From NCBI GenBank assembly GCA_017654855.1, contig CM030336.1:4712001-4776000 (forward strand): 64,000 bases of DNA, read 5' to 3'. Under the pieces are notes generated by a model. The model was given only the letters and a program-made list of their open reading frames with translations. It had not been told where the DNA came from and made no database searches. This DNA is from Podospora anserina (Eukaryota). Positions 1 to 10,508 of the stretch are shown here, piece by piece; the stretch's first letter is position 1, and each line of letters opens with the position of its first letter. The translations under genes were made by a program, and so were the position numbers.

Positions 1-529
1 CGGAATTGGGTTTGACTTGGTCACCGAGGTGAGAGTGACCCCACTTTCACATACCGGGGCGCTCGCGACACAGGGTTAGGGTCGGGCAGCAATATCGGAT
101 GGCAAGAACAGGCAGCTAACATTTGACAAGAAGAAACGTCGTTTTTACGGGTGTTCTAGAAGCTGAATCTTCTCAAATCAGGTACCTAACGATTGTTATC
201 CCATCCGGCTTAGAAACAAGAAGAAGATGATTCGCTGTCAACCCCACAATATGGAAAGCTGGCGCGTATGTCCGAAGGTCACAGGCGGTTTTCGTTGCAG
301 GGCCTTATCGATAGGCTAGTGCTGTGGCGGGATCTAAAAAACTCGCTGCGGGATTGCGGGTCGATAGAAGCCCTGCATTTATGGTTTCTAGCTAAGACTA
401 TAAAAGTCAAAGATCTCCACAACTTACTCACATCCGATTCGCCTGTCCAAACGCATCTCTCGTCGAAGAGGAAAGGTCTATCTTATCAAATCACGTATAT
501 GGTGTTCAAAGTGCTCAATTCTGGTATTG

Positions 530-1418
530 TGTGTGGGAAGAGGCCCACCCCCCAGGGTGGCCCGGAGGGACCCGGTAATATACCCTCTGCTAAGGCCCCT
601 ATTTTCACATCTATTTATTCTAACACACCCCCCAGCCACCACCTTGCCAAAGGTATGGGTGCCTACTTTTGAAGCCCTGATTTTTCCACACACTCCCGTA
701 ATCCCGTAATAATCCCGTAATAATATAGTATAATAGGATACTCTTTAGCATCGCTTTCCTACTCTTTAGCTATTACTTCCGCTCCATTACCGGCCCGGTA
801 TATACTTAAACCCGCTCCCTAAGCTCTCTGGTATTCTGGCTTACTAGCTTTTTAGCTCCATTATAGGCCTATTTCGAAAAGCTCTTTCTTCCTTGCCGGG
901 CTCTTTAGCTTCCTTAGCTTTATAGTAAATGGCCTTTTTCACTATATACCTCCGCTTTATTAAGCTTATTCCTTACCGGGTACTCTAGATCCTTAGCTTT
1001 TATTAGCTTATGGGTTTTGATAGTAGGTAGGTTAGTTAGCTAGTAGGTTTATTATATAATAGTGGTGTTAATTACTTAAAGGTATAGTTAATTGCTTAAT
1101 TGAGTAGTATGGTTAATTTAGTAGTTATTTAAGTAGGGTAGTATAGTTGCCTACTTATAAAGGTAAGTTTTAGTTATTAAGTAAATACTATAGTTACTGG
1201 CTTGCCTAAGTAATGTGGTTACCGGCTCGGTTAAGTAATAATGACTGCCCGGTTTACCTAACGGGCTTATTAACTAAGTGCCTAGGAAGGTTTTAAATTA
1301 GTTAAATAACTTAGTACCTAAGTAGGTCTTTAATAAGGTACCTAAATAGGATTTTTACGGTTTACTTAATAGCTTTATTAAATAGTATAGTTACCGGCCT
1401 ACTTAAATAGTAGTAACT
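530..1418 (-). mobile_element. Probable degraded LTR-retrotransposon remnant: short LTR-like segment (~530-692) plus RIP-mutated internal sequence
   Basis: 530-692 is bounded by TGTGTGG...CCACACA inverted ends. On the minus strand it is preceded by a short purine run (GGGAG) like a PPT. 700-1418 is AT-rich, TpA-enriched and CpA/TpG-depleted. No target duplication is visible. Confidence 0.4.
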
Positions 1419-1863
1419 TATTACAACCCTAGTATAGGACGGTTGTGGGGCCACGGGAATAAGGGGCCAATCGGGAAAACGTATAGGGGAGCTAATTACA
1501 GTAAAGGAAAAGTGATCAGTGTAATTAGGGCACTAAGTAGACTAAGCAAAGTAATCAGTATAATCAAGGCACTGAGCGGACTGAGTAGAGTAATTAGTGT
1601 AATCAGGGCATTAAGCAGACTAAGTAGAGGTGATCAGTAGCCTTAGGAGACTAATTACGGCTTAGTATAAGGACTATATATACGGAGGAACTGGCTAGTA
1701 TAGATAGATAGTTCCGTAGTATATAATTTAAGCTTATATTTATAGTATTTTATATTTACATCGAAATATTTTATTATATACTATTTAGCTATACCGAACT
1801 AATTATTAGAAATTACTTTTAACCTATATCCCTTTTAAAGGTTTTATATAAGAGGTTCGTTAT
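1419..1863 (+). mobile_element. RIP-mutated solo LTR (resembles the Podospora crapaud gypsy LTR)
   Basis: Starts TATTAC (RIP form of TGTCAC). Its 3' ~200 bp (~1670-1863) match the reverse complement of 3369-3560, differing mostly by C>T/G>A transitions. The family name is from recall, not a search. Confidence 0.75.
1509..1638 (+). repeat. ~39-bp tandem repeat, about 3 copies, in the 5' half of the LTR
   Basis: Unit approx. AAGTRATYAGTRTAATYARGGCAYTRAGYRGACTRAGYA; appears in the ORF track as the 13-aa period KVISVIRALSRLS. Confidence 0.8.
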
Positions 1864-2503
1864 TGTTAGCTGGTAAGCCCTAATAGGCCTATAATATAGA
1901 ACCTATACTAGGTTGCTGTAAAATACAGCAGTGCGCAAGCGGAAGCGGAAGAATACGACGGCAGTGCCGAAGGAAGGTAAAGCACTGTAATATAGTGAGG
2001 TATAAGGAATAAGAATAGCCTTTATTGCCTTTGGCTTTGGCCTTTAGGCCTTAGCCTTAACTCTAAACTTTTGCCCTTGAGGAGAGAAAGAAGAGAACTA
2101 TTCTACAGGAGAGGAGAGGTCTATATATAGGCCTTCGTAGGCCTACTGTGGGTCCTGTGGGCCCTGGAAGCCCCTATACTATTTTAGGTATTTAGTGGGC
2201 TTAGGTGAGTCTAGTGCAAACTCACGGAAATCTATCGAACCTTCGGTAGTGAGGGTGCCCTGTAAATTATACCATTATGGCAACTTACTACGTAAGCCTG
2301 TAGCCACTTTAGAAGGTTCCAGTAGCCTATTGGCTAAGCCTCAGGCCACAGTAGCCCTATAGGCCTTCAAGGGTCCCTTGTAAAGAATATTCCAAAAGGA
2401 TCTAAGCCGGGAAGTTCCGTTACTGCTTATAGCAGTACTGCCCACTGTAATATCAATCTGTAGGGCAGTAAATAGGGCACTTAGTAGTACCTACACGTTA
2501 ACA
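1864..2503. mobile_element. Second, unrelated solo-LTR-like element (~640 bp), RIP-mutated
   Basis: Begins TGTTAG exactly where the previous LTR ends and ends TTAACA at 2503. TpA-rich. No clear target duplication. Confidence 0.45.
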
Positions 2504-2818
2504 AGTTCTTACCTTAATAATTTAGAGAGAATAAAGTATAATCGGTACCCGTTATATAGAATACGCGTAATTAAAATGGATTATTTTACGGTTAACTTTT
2601 TATACCGGGAAGTATATAAAGGATTTTAAGAGGAGAGATCGAGCTAAATATAAAACGATATATATATTTAATTTCGGTTACTAAAGGAATATAGAGATTT
2701 TAAGAGCTCTAGCTAAATATAAAAACGATATATATATTTAATAGAATTAAGATTACTTTACGTTTACTAAAAAGCTTTAACCGATCTAATTTAATCCCAA
2801 TATAAATAAGACTTTATA

Positions 2819-3825
2819 ACGTACATTATCAGCGAGTGACCCATATCAGCGAGTGACCCACCTCCCACCACACCCTGACAAACTATCCTTAATTACACTA
2901 CATCAACACAAGGAATTAACTATAATTACATCAGAAACAGCTGAATCAGATGCTTCTGCAGCCTCCTGGTAAGTGCGCGCATTATGGCCAGGCTTACCGC
3001 ATATACCATAGCACAGAACCTTCGTACGAGCCCCCCCTAGATTACTACTATCCGGCTACGTTTCTTACACTCCCTCCCTATCCACGGCCTTCTGATCCAG
3101 TAGATCCTATGCCTCTTATATAGTAAGTGACCCTCCAAGCCTCACGCGTATTTTTTTTAGCTCTCTGGCGTTTGCTTAGTACCTCATTAGCCTTATGGAG
3201 CGAAGAGACCTCTGCCTGTAAGAGGGCTACTTGGTACATTACAGCCGTTATACTTTTAGCAAGCTAGTCCACTGCAGCCAACATCGAAGTCGGGGAGTTA
3301 TTTTAATAATTAGTAATTTAAGTTTTAATAAGTATTAACTATAAATCGGTTTCTCGGGGGTTATACGGTGTGACGAACCCCTGTACAGAACCTCTGAAAG
3401 GGATACTGGTTGAAGGTAACTTCTGACAATTGGTTCGGTGCAGCTAAACAGTGCACAACAAGATGTCTCAATGTAAACACTAGATACCGTGAATACAAGC
3501 TTGAATTGCATACTGCGGAACTGTCTATCTACACCAGCCAGTTCCTCCGTATATATAGACCCTGTGCCAAGCCTGGCACTGTCCTGGATCGATTGACTCG
3601 ACCATCGATCCTATCGATACTGTCCCTTTTGGGATTGACTCTTCTGGATCGATCCTCGATCCCAATGATCCTGCTCTAATTGGTCCTCGCTCCTGTACTA
3701 ATGATTGGCCCGTGGTGCGCCCCGCGCCCCACCAAAGTGTCAAGCCGTGACAAAAGTGCAAAGATGTCGCGTCGCGTAGAAAGTGGGTCACTCGCTGATA
3801 TGGGTCACTCGCTGATAATGTACGT
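2819..3825 (-). mobile_element. Internally deleted Fot1/pogo (Tc1-mariner superfamily) DNA transposon
   Basis: Perfect 43-bp TIRs ACGTACATTATCAGCGAGTGACCCATATCAGCGAGTGACCCAC (2819-2861 and 3783-3825) with an internal direct repeat, flanked by TA on both sides (2817-2818, 3826-3827). The minus strand near 2940-3030 encodes a RIP-eroded transposase C-terminal zinc knuckle (CYGICGKPGHNARTYQ). Confidence 0.93.
3369..3752 (-). mobile_element. Solo LTR (crapaud-like), largely un-RIPed, nested in the DNA transposon
   Basis: TGT...ACA ends (TGTGACG / CGTGACA). Its 3' half is homologous to the LTR at 1419-1863 while its 5' half differs; TATA-like TATATAT near the junction. Confidence 0.8.
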
Positions 3826-4520
3826 TATTAAGTAGGGCGGTACCTAGATTTTATAGTCAGTAGACGGATCTAGACTCTATATTTCGAGCACCTTAATATA
3901 CGGTCCTGCTCCCAGACCGCAACCAAGACTTTTTTCTTCTAGAAGTTATAGCTTTAATGAGAAATTTTACTATTTCGCAAAGCCCTGCAAAGTCCGGTGT
4001 TAATTTCATTGGCATGATCCTTTAGCACACGCTGCTCGTATTTCTTCTTGATTATACGAGACAGCTCCTATGATGATTTGACTGTAGTAACTAAGCCCGC
4101 GAGAGCGGCAGCTAATGCCAAGGAACTAGGAAGGTATGCGGCCATGAGTCTTGATAAGGTAGGTATAATATAAGGTACCTAGGTATATAAGACGGGCATG
4201 AGTCTCATGCTAAGTAGGTAGGTGTTTTATATAATTAGACCGTCAGTTTTATTTGGGAATGATTCCATTTAAACTGTTCAATTTGGACATTCTGAAATGC
4301 GATCGTAGCCTCCAGTCTGCTGACAGGGGAGGGGGGTGGCACAGGCAGTCTAAGTACACACCCCACCAAAATCCAAAAGGGCAACGCATTTCCCTCGACC
4401 AGGAAGAACACCAATGGCGACAATGCCAGCGACGGTCAAGACATCGCTCCCAACAGTGACACGCCCCAATGTTCAGCAGAGAAACGGAGTGAGGAGGCCC
4501 CTGTCGTACTTCAAGTGGGC

Positions 4521-5279
4521 ATGGCTGTTGTGGACACACGCAATAAGTGGCCTCTGGGCCGTGCTATTAAAATCTGCTTCTTGGATGGTCTCAGTGACAC
4601 TCATGCCATGGTCGAAGAGGCCGCCCGAGAATGGGAACGTTGCGTCAATTTGCGATTTGAATTCGGTCACCCGGAATGGAACTCTGATGTTCGTATTTCA
4701 TTTCACCCCATCCACGCTCGCCATGGCATAGGGTCCTCGTGGTCTGGCTTCGGAACCGATGCTCTGACGTCTTCTTATGCATGCAACATGTATCTGGATG
4801 TTCAGTACAGAGCATTGACGCGCGGCACAGTGCTCCATGAGTTTGGACATCTCCTGGCTTTCGATCATGAACATCAGTCTCCTAAATCAATCATTCAATG
4901 GAACAAGACGGCTGTCGCAATGGAACTCCGACACAGAACGTCCCGCTTTCTGCAAGACAACTACTTCCACACCTTTCAAGGCCCTGATATTGAATGTACA
5001 GCTTTTGATCCCAACAGCATCATGATGTACGGTATTCCTGCGAGGTGGACGCTGAATTGGCAGACGTACCACAATCCTACTGTTCTTTCCGAATTGGACA
5101 AATCTTTCGCCGCTCAACAGTACCCATTCCCACCACCTAGCCAACCAACACCACCACCACAGCAAGTAGCACTACCTCGCGTATGGGAAGTGGCTTGCTA
5201 TTGCGGAGACACGCTCAGCCAACCGTATAACTTTCGTCAGCGCAGGGTTTGCCGATGTCAACAATCGGTCAAGGCCTGA
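4521..5279 (+). CDS. Astacin-like (M12A/metzincin) zinc metalloprotease without signal peptide; Pro linker and C-terminal CxC...CxC tail
   Basis: HEFGHLLAFDHEHQSP zinc motif, Met-turn FDPNSIMMY, N-terminal KWP...ICFLDG, C-terminal LSELDKSFA..YP. First ATG at 4521; the true start could lie upstream. Confidence 0.85.
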   Translation: MAVVDTRNKWPLGRAIKICFLDGLSDTHAMVEEAAREWERCVNLRFEFGHPEWNSDVRISFHPIHARHGIGSSWSGFGTDALTSSYACNMYLDVQYRALTRGTVLHEFGHLLAFDHEHQSPKSIIQWNKTAVAMELRHRTSRFLQDNYFHTFQGPDIECTAFDPNSIMMYGIPARWTLNWQTYHNPTVLSELDKSFAAQQYPFPPPSQPTPPPQQVALPRVWEVACYCGDTLSQPYNFRQRRVCRCQQSVKA

Positions 5280-6438
5280 TGCAGCCTTCAGGGGCCTTGT
5301 CATGGGGTACTGCGGGCTGAGAGTGCCCAAGACACTGAGCATGGCCGAGCGAGCACTTCAACCTGTTATGACTCGGTGGACTAGACTTTGCAATAGAAAT
5401 TAAAACAGTTGTGCATCCCCTCTCGTCAGTGATATCCCATCACCGGTTATGTGAGCTATCTGTGTTTAACATTTTACCGAATTGGCTATCATACCCCTTT
5501 GCTCTGTTATCATTATTCTCACGAGGTCTCGTAAACATGATTTGTCAGTCTTCTTACCTACCTCAGATAAGAAAATTAGTAGATTCCAGGATTCAAGGGA
5601 AGTGTACAGCCAGAGAGCTGCTATTCGAATGGTCACCCAACTGAATCGTTGGCTCACATCTAGTTAGCTAGCCACAGCAGCACAGTCGGTGCAGCACTGA
5701 TGCACTAGGGAGGTAGGTAGAATGAAGATGGTGTGCTGGTTACTTACTACCACGCGGCGTCAAGGCAACGATGACAGCCCTTCCTGCCTGGTGCTCCCAA
5801 AGAAAAATGACAGGTTAGGGACGGTTGCGGGTGGATATACCGACTGAGACAAAGGGGTTTGATGATAAGAAGGTTGTTGTTGAGGCTACGGACTTGAATT
5901 TGCAGGTTTATTCAACCAATGTTGTGACGAGCAAGACGTCAGATCCCGACGCGGCAAAGCCTACAGCGGCTGAAGAAAAAATACCACTGGAAACCCTGTC
6001 GTTAGCGGCACTTCAACCCATATCACTTCAGTACCTACCTGAGCACTGCCTATCTTATTCGTGGACAAACAAAGTCATTGTTTCTCTGTGTCTCATCGCG
6101 AAATGTGACAGGCCCTCGGAGAACCTTCTCGTCAAGTAAATGAAGGATAAACATGCGTCATATCTTTGTTGCATGTGACCAAGGCCTCATAAGTGTTTGC
6201 TGCGTTTACAAAATTCTTCTGAGTCTTTCCCGGGATGGTCTGGCAGCTTCTACTCCAACGGATTTTAGTTCCAGTGTCTTGAAGGAAGGTTGTCACAGAT
6301 TCATCTGATTATAAATACCACCGTCAAACACATATGATCTCCCTGCGGCCTTCAAGACAATTCCCATCATACTACCTACTCAGTACTCGAGGACCTTTAC
6401 CGATAACCACACCCTTCTCAACACTTCCCTCTATCATC

Positions 6439-6870
6439 ATGGAACCCTACCACGACAGCCCGTTCTGGGACATCGGCGTAGATGACCTCGCAAGCTACTG
6501 GAACGGTGGCCAAGACAAGACGTACGACCCCCAAGACAACGGCAACGACAGCGACAGTGAGTTCAGCAGCAACTTCGGAGACAACGGCGACTCGTGTCAG
6601 AAGAATAAGTGGTATGAAGTCCGACTCGAGCATGACTCTAGAAGAATTCTGGCTCAATATCAAGACAATGACTCAGACGACGAGCCCGAAGGCGGCCAGT
6701 ACGAGGATAACGAGGATGGCGACTGTCGAGGCTGCTGTGGTGACGAAGGGTGCCACTGTCAGTGTTGTGATCCGGACGACATGGAAGGTTGCCAATGCTG
6801 TGGGAGAAAGAGTTGTCATTGCCAGTGCTGCGATGGGGATGATGACGACGATGACTACGAGGATAGGTAG
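6439..6870 (+). CDS. Small acidic Asp/Cys-rich protein with a duplicated CxxCC...CHCQCCD cluster (metallothionein-like)
   Basis: Open frame with good ATG context (CATCATGG) and upstream TATAAATA (~6310). C-terminus CRGCCGDEGCHCQCCD / CQCCGRKSCHCQCCD. Confidence 0.6.
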   Translation: MEPYHDSPFWDIGVDDLASYWNGGQDKTYDPQDNGNDSDSEFSSNFGDNGDSCQKNKWYEVRLEHDSRRILAQYQDNDSDDEPEGGQYEDNEDGDCRGCCGDEGCHCQCCDPDDMEGCQCCGRKSCHCQCCDGDDDDDDYEDR

Positions 6871-7319
6871 CCTTTGGGGTGCTGGTCGGGTAGCGGCGTC
6901 ATGCATTAAGTAGGAAGAGAAACAACCATCATTTCTTGCAAACAAGGTCTTGGCTCAGAACAGGAGCTGATGTTCGCCCATGTCAAAAGTTGAACTCGGC
7001 GAGTAATGATCAGGTAACATAGTATAGTCAGAACCTTCGTCTTCCATTTAATCCATCATCGCGCTTTTCAAGGATAGATGTTCATGAATGTTTACCCCGC
7101 CCATGGCAATGACATACAGTTGCCATTTGTCTTCCAGACTGCCCCTCCCTACCATCAGTCGTGCCTTTCTGTGCTTCTGTTTGCTTGATGCCCAATGAGT
7201 GACGTGATCAGAGGTCGCCCATCATCCAGATCGCAGTAGATTTTACCATTCCCATCCTCCTCAGCTCTCGTCCACGTCGCAACCGCAGGATGCAACACTC
7301 TGAAGACAGAAGCGACACA

Positions 7320-8293
7320 ATGAGCGCACCCGCCGCCCCAAATGACAACAAAACTGAAAAGCCTGAGCGCGAACATGTCTACGCCGTCACCATACCCAGC
7401 CTTCAGTGGAAACGCGGCGAGGTAATCCCCACAGCCTTTGTCAATGGCACCCCGCAACTCCAAGCCAAGGTGAAGCAGCATGCTCAAGAACTCGAAAAGC
7501 ACGCCAATATTCGCTTCAAGTTCCAGCCTTCTGAGCATGGCCCCGTCAGGACCACCATCGCCATGGATCCCCAGTTGGGCTCCTACTCGAAACTTGACAC
7601 CGAGTCTCCCGTCGCTGCCTACAACAATCCCGACAATCCCACCATGAACTTGCGTATCGACGAGACAACACCAGATGACGAGATTCGAAGAACCTGCATG
7701 CACGAGCTTCTTCACGCAATCGGGTTTGACTATGGGCACCAGTCGCCAGCCGCCAACATTGAGTGGGATGAAGATGCTGTCTACGACGAAATGGCCAAGA
7801 GCGGTTGGACACGTGAGAAGACTGACCGCAATATCCTCACTCAACTCAACAAGCGCAACGTGCAGCACTCAAGATTTGACCCCGATTCAATCATGGGTAC
7901 CCGGTCCAAGAGAACCGGACAAGGAACGGGTTTTCCAACACTCGGAACACCATGCTTTCTGAGATTGACAAGTCTTTTGCCCGTGAAGTGTACCCGTTCG
8001 ATGACCTGCCGCCTCATGGCTTGCAGTGCGCAGGGGAATGTTCCTCCCCTGGGGCCTACGTCGAACAACATTCTCCGCAACCTGTTGCCGATCATGATCA
8101 AATGTATGCCCGGCCGGACCAGTCTCGGTCAAGCACAGGATACATCGACGGAGACGGTGCCGACTCAGGGGCGTATGAGTATCAGAGCACCCTGCAAGGA
8201 AATGAGTCGGAAGAGGATGTCGGAGATACGGTGCGCTATGAGACGACTGGGTACTTTGAGGAGGTTATATCTGTCGCAGAGTCAGAACGGTAG
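7320..8293 (+). pseudogene. Second astacin-like metalloprotease, frameshifted, with an acidic C-terminal tail
   Basis: HELLHAIGFDYGHQSP (third zinc His is Tyr), FDPDSIM Met-turn. A 1-bp deletion at ~7896 moves the continuation YPVQENRTRNGFSNTRNTMLSEIDKSFAREVYPF, which aligns with the first protease, into another frame ending at 8293. Confidence 0.8.
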
Positions 8294-8439
8294 CTTTTAG
8301 AGGATGAGGTTGGTAATGGAGGACATAATTTTGAGAGCCTTAACTACAATGCCGAGTGTGTGTATATGTGTCCGGTTTATTGGTTGAAGGCTACCGCTAC
8401 GTGGTAATAGCGACCTTATAAAAAACTATTGAGGGATAA

Positions 8440-8640
8440 ATATAGGCCGACTTATAATACTAGTTAGAAATAATTTCTGGAATTTATTTATTTATTTTTT
8501 TCGTTTATATTATTGTCATAATAGTAAAAGTAAAAGCAATGAAAGCTTTTATTTATGAATTTATAATTTATATAAAAAATGAAGATTTAGTATATCACAA
8601 TACATGTATATTAAAACTTATATAATAATTGTTTTACCTG
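8440..8640. repeat. Short AT-rich, RIP-like relic
   Basis: Abrupt ~200-bp AT-rich, TpA-rich patch within otherwise GC-balanced sequence. Confidence 0.4.
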
Positions 8641-8973
8641 TCGGACCAAATATTTCCCAAGCTGTATTGCGAGTTCTCGGGTCAGAACAGTTTTATCTGT
8701 CTAATAGACCCGGAGCAATGGTTCACTTATGATCATTCACGCGATATCACGAAGCCCACAGAGGAGCATAAGTGAATCCGCGCAGATATTCCCCAGCGTG
8801 ACAATCCCCGCAAAGACACTCTCAAGAATTATATAAATACCAAATCCTCTAACCAGATTTTCCACCCATCCTATCGCGATCATCACTCCCAACCAAGATA
8901 CCAATCAACCTCATACATCCCATCACTTCCGAGTCAACCAGCCTCATCCCTTAACCGCAACATCGCCATCAAG

Positions 8974-9252
8974 ATGCCCACCTCAACCAAGACAAAGACC
9001 AAGATGAGGTGCAAGTGCCACTGCGCCTGCACAGCCGAGAGCAGCAAAGACTTTGGGCCGTACTGCTCCCAGTGCGTCAAGGAGCACGCAGCCAACGTCA
9101 TCGATAACCGGCTTGCCGGCAGCAGGAACGAAAAGAAGAACATGGGAACCCACAAAGCTCCCAGTACCGACACGGTCTCTGTTATTCCGACGATTTTCCC
9201 CGAGTCATCAAGACAACAGGCGCGCGATCATTTTTTCCAAGAAGTCCCCTAA
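8974..9252 (+). CDS. Small hypothetical protein with a CxCHCxC...CxxCxxxH Cys/His cluster
   Basis: Upstream TATATAAATA (~8830), C/A-rich leader, AAGATG start context; CKCHCAC...YCSQCVKEH. Confidence 0.45.
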   Translation: MPTSTKTKTKMRCKCHCACTAESSKDFGPYCSQCVKEHAANVIDNRLAGSRNEKKNMGTHKAPSTDTVSVIPTIFPESSRQQARDHFFQEVP

Positions 9253-10066
9253 GGAGGATGAGTATGAACGAGGCCGGAAGAAGAGGGAGGATGGGGTTTT
9301 AGTGCCGAATAATTGCTCGGCTATGTACGGGAGGGGGACTTGTAAGTTACAAGGGAGGGGGTATTCTGTTGCTGACGCTGGGGGTGTAGGTTATGGCGGC
9401 GGGCCGTGGTGGCAATGGTGATCAAGGAGCGAGAGGTATGGGGGGAGGCATGACACTGGGTACACACGAGGGAGGGATGATAATCGGAGGGGATTTCGGT
9501 ATACAGGGCATAGTCAGGAGGGGGGGGGGAGGGTCTGAGCATTAACCGTCTGGACATTCCTTATCATCGAGAAAAATCGACACAATGAACAAAGAGAAAT
9601 CCCCACTGGAGCCACTTGTTCATCATGTCATGGTTGCCGTCTATGCAAACATGAACCTGATGATTTGACCTGCTGTGCAACCGTTGGTTATCCGCCTTGG
9701 TTTGACGACCAAGCACACTTCTCAGTCAATGTTTGCAGTTAATATGAAGTGCAGCGGCCTCGCATTTCGATGGGCCTGGAAAAGATGCTGAGAAGCAATA
9801 TGTTGGCAGGGTAACAGCAAGCGGTTAGCATCTCGAAGGCGGGCCAGAGTAATTAGGTGGCAGTGAACCACATATAAAACATATCAGCTTGTATATCTGT
9901 AGACACCATCCTACTCAACCCCCTGAAATTTCAACAGTGCTGCAAGCCTAGAAGTTCCATAAAAAGGAAAACCAAAAGAAAAAAGTACGTCCAGATATGG
10001 GAGTGTAAGGCTTCATGGGAGCCATTGCAGCATTAAACTTGTATACATTTGAAGTATGAGAAAAAT

Positions 10067-10147
10067 CGTCACCTGCAGGATTCGAACCTACGCTCCCGAA
10101 GGAACAGCCTTAGCAGGGCTGCGTGTTAACCACTCCACCAAAGTGAC
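10067..10147 (-). tRNA. tRNA-Ser(GCT), no intron
   Basis: Acceptor stem GTCACTT/AGGTGAC, anticodon arm CAGCC-CTGCTAA-GGCTG, long variable arm, GGTTCGAATCC T-loop, downstream T5 run. Confidence 0.95.
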
Positions 10148-10508
10148 CTAATGCTTTACTGATATATTACAGTTTTGGGAATAGCTCTCAAGATGGCCAA
10201 CAGCGAACAAGCAGAGCTAAAGTAGCTGCGCGGCCCAGCGCTAAATTAAAGACTTTTGGCCTAATATCTATTTTGTCATCAGTCGAATCCTGAGATTGTG
10301 GGTGTTGCCGAGCTGCATGAATAGCTAGTTTCACATCACATGATGGCAAAGGCGGCGAAAAGCAGTCAAGATATCATAATATGTCCTTCTATTCAGAAGC
10401 AAAGTATGTACGACGAAGAATATCCAAATGGTATATCTGCAACCCCCCTCAACTTCACACCCCTCCCTTATTCCCCATCACACCAATCCACCTCTCACCA
10501 CCCCGCAT

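Noticed and set aside
72-82. Telomere-like TTAGGG strings (also ~5815, ~55652, ~59748)
   Set aside because: At most two units each; expected by chance.
1509-1638. CRISPR-like array
   Set aside because: Head-to-tail tandem units with no spacers, in a eukaryotic LTR.
1443-1640. 65-aa ORF with 13-aa repeats
   Set aside because: It is only the translation of the 39-bp tandem repeat inside an LTR.
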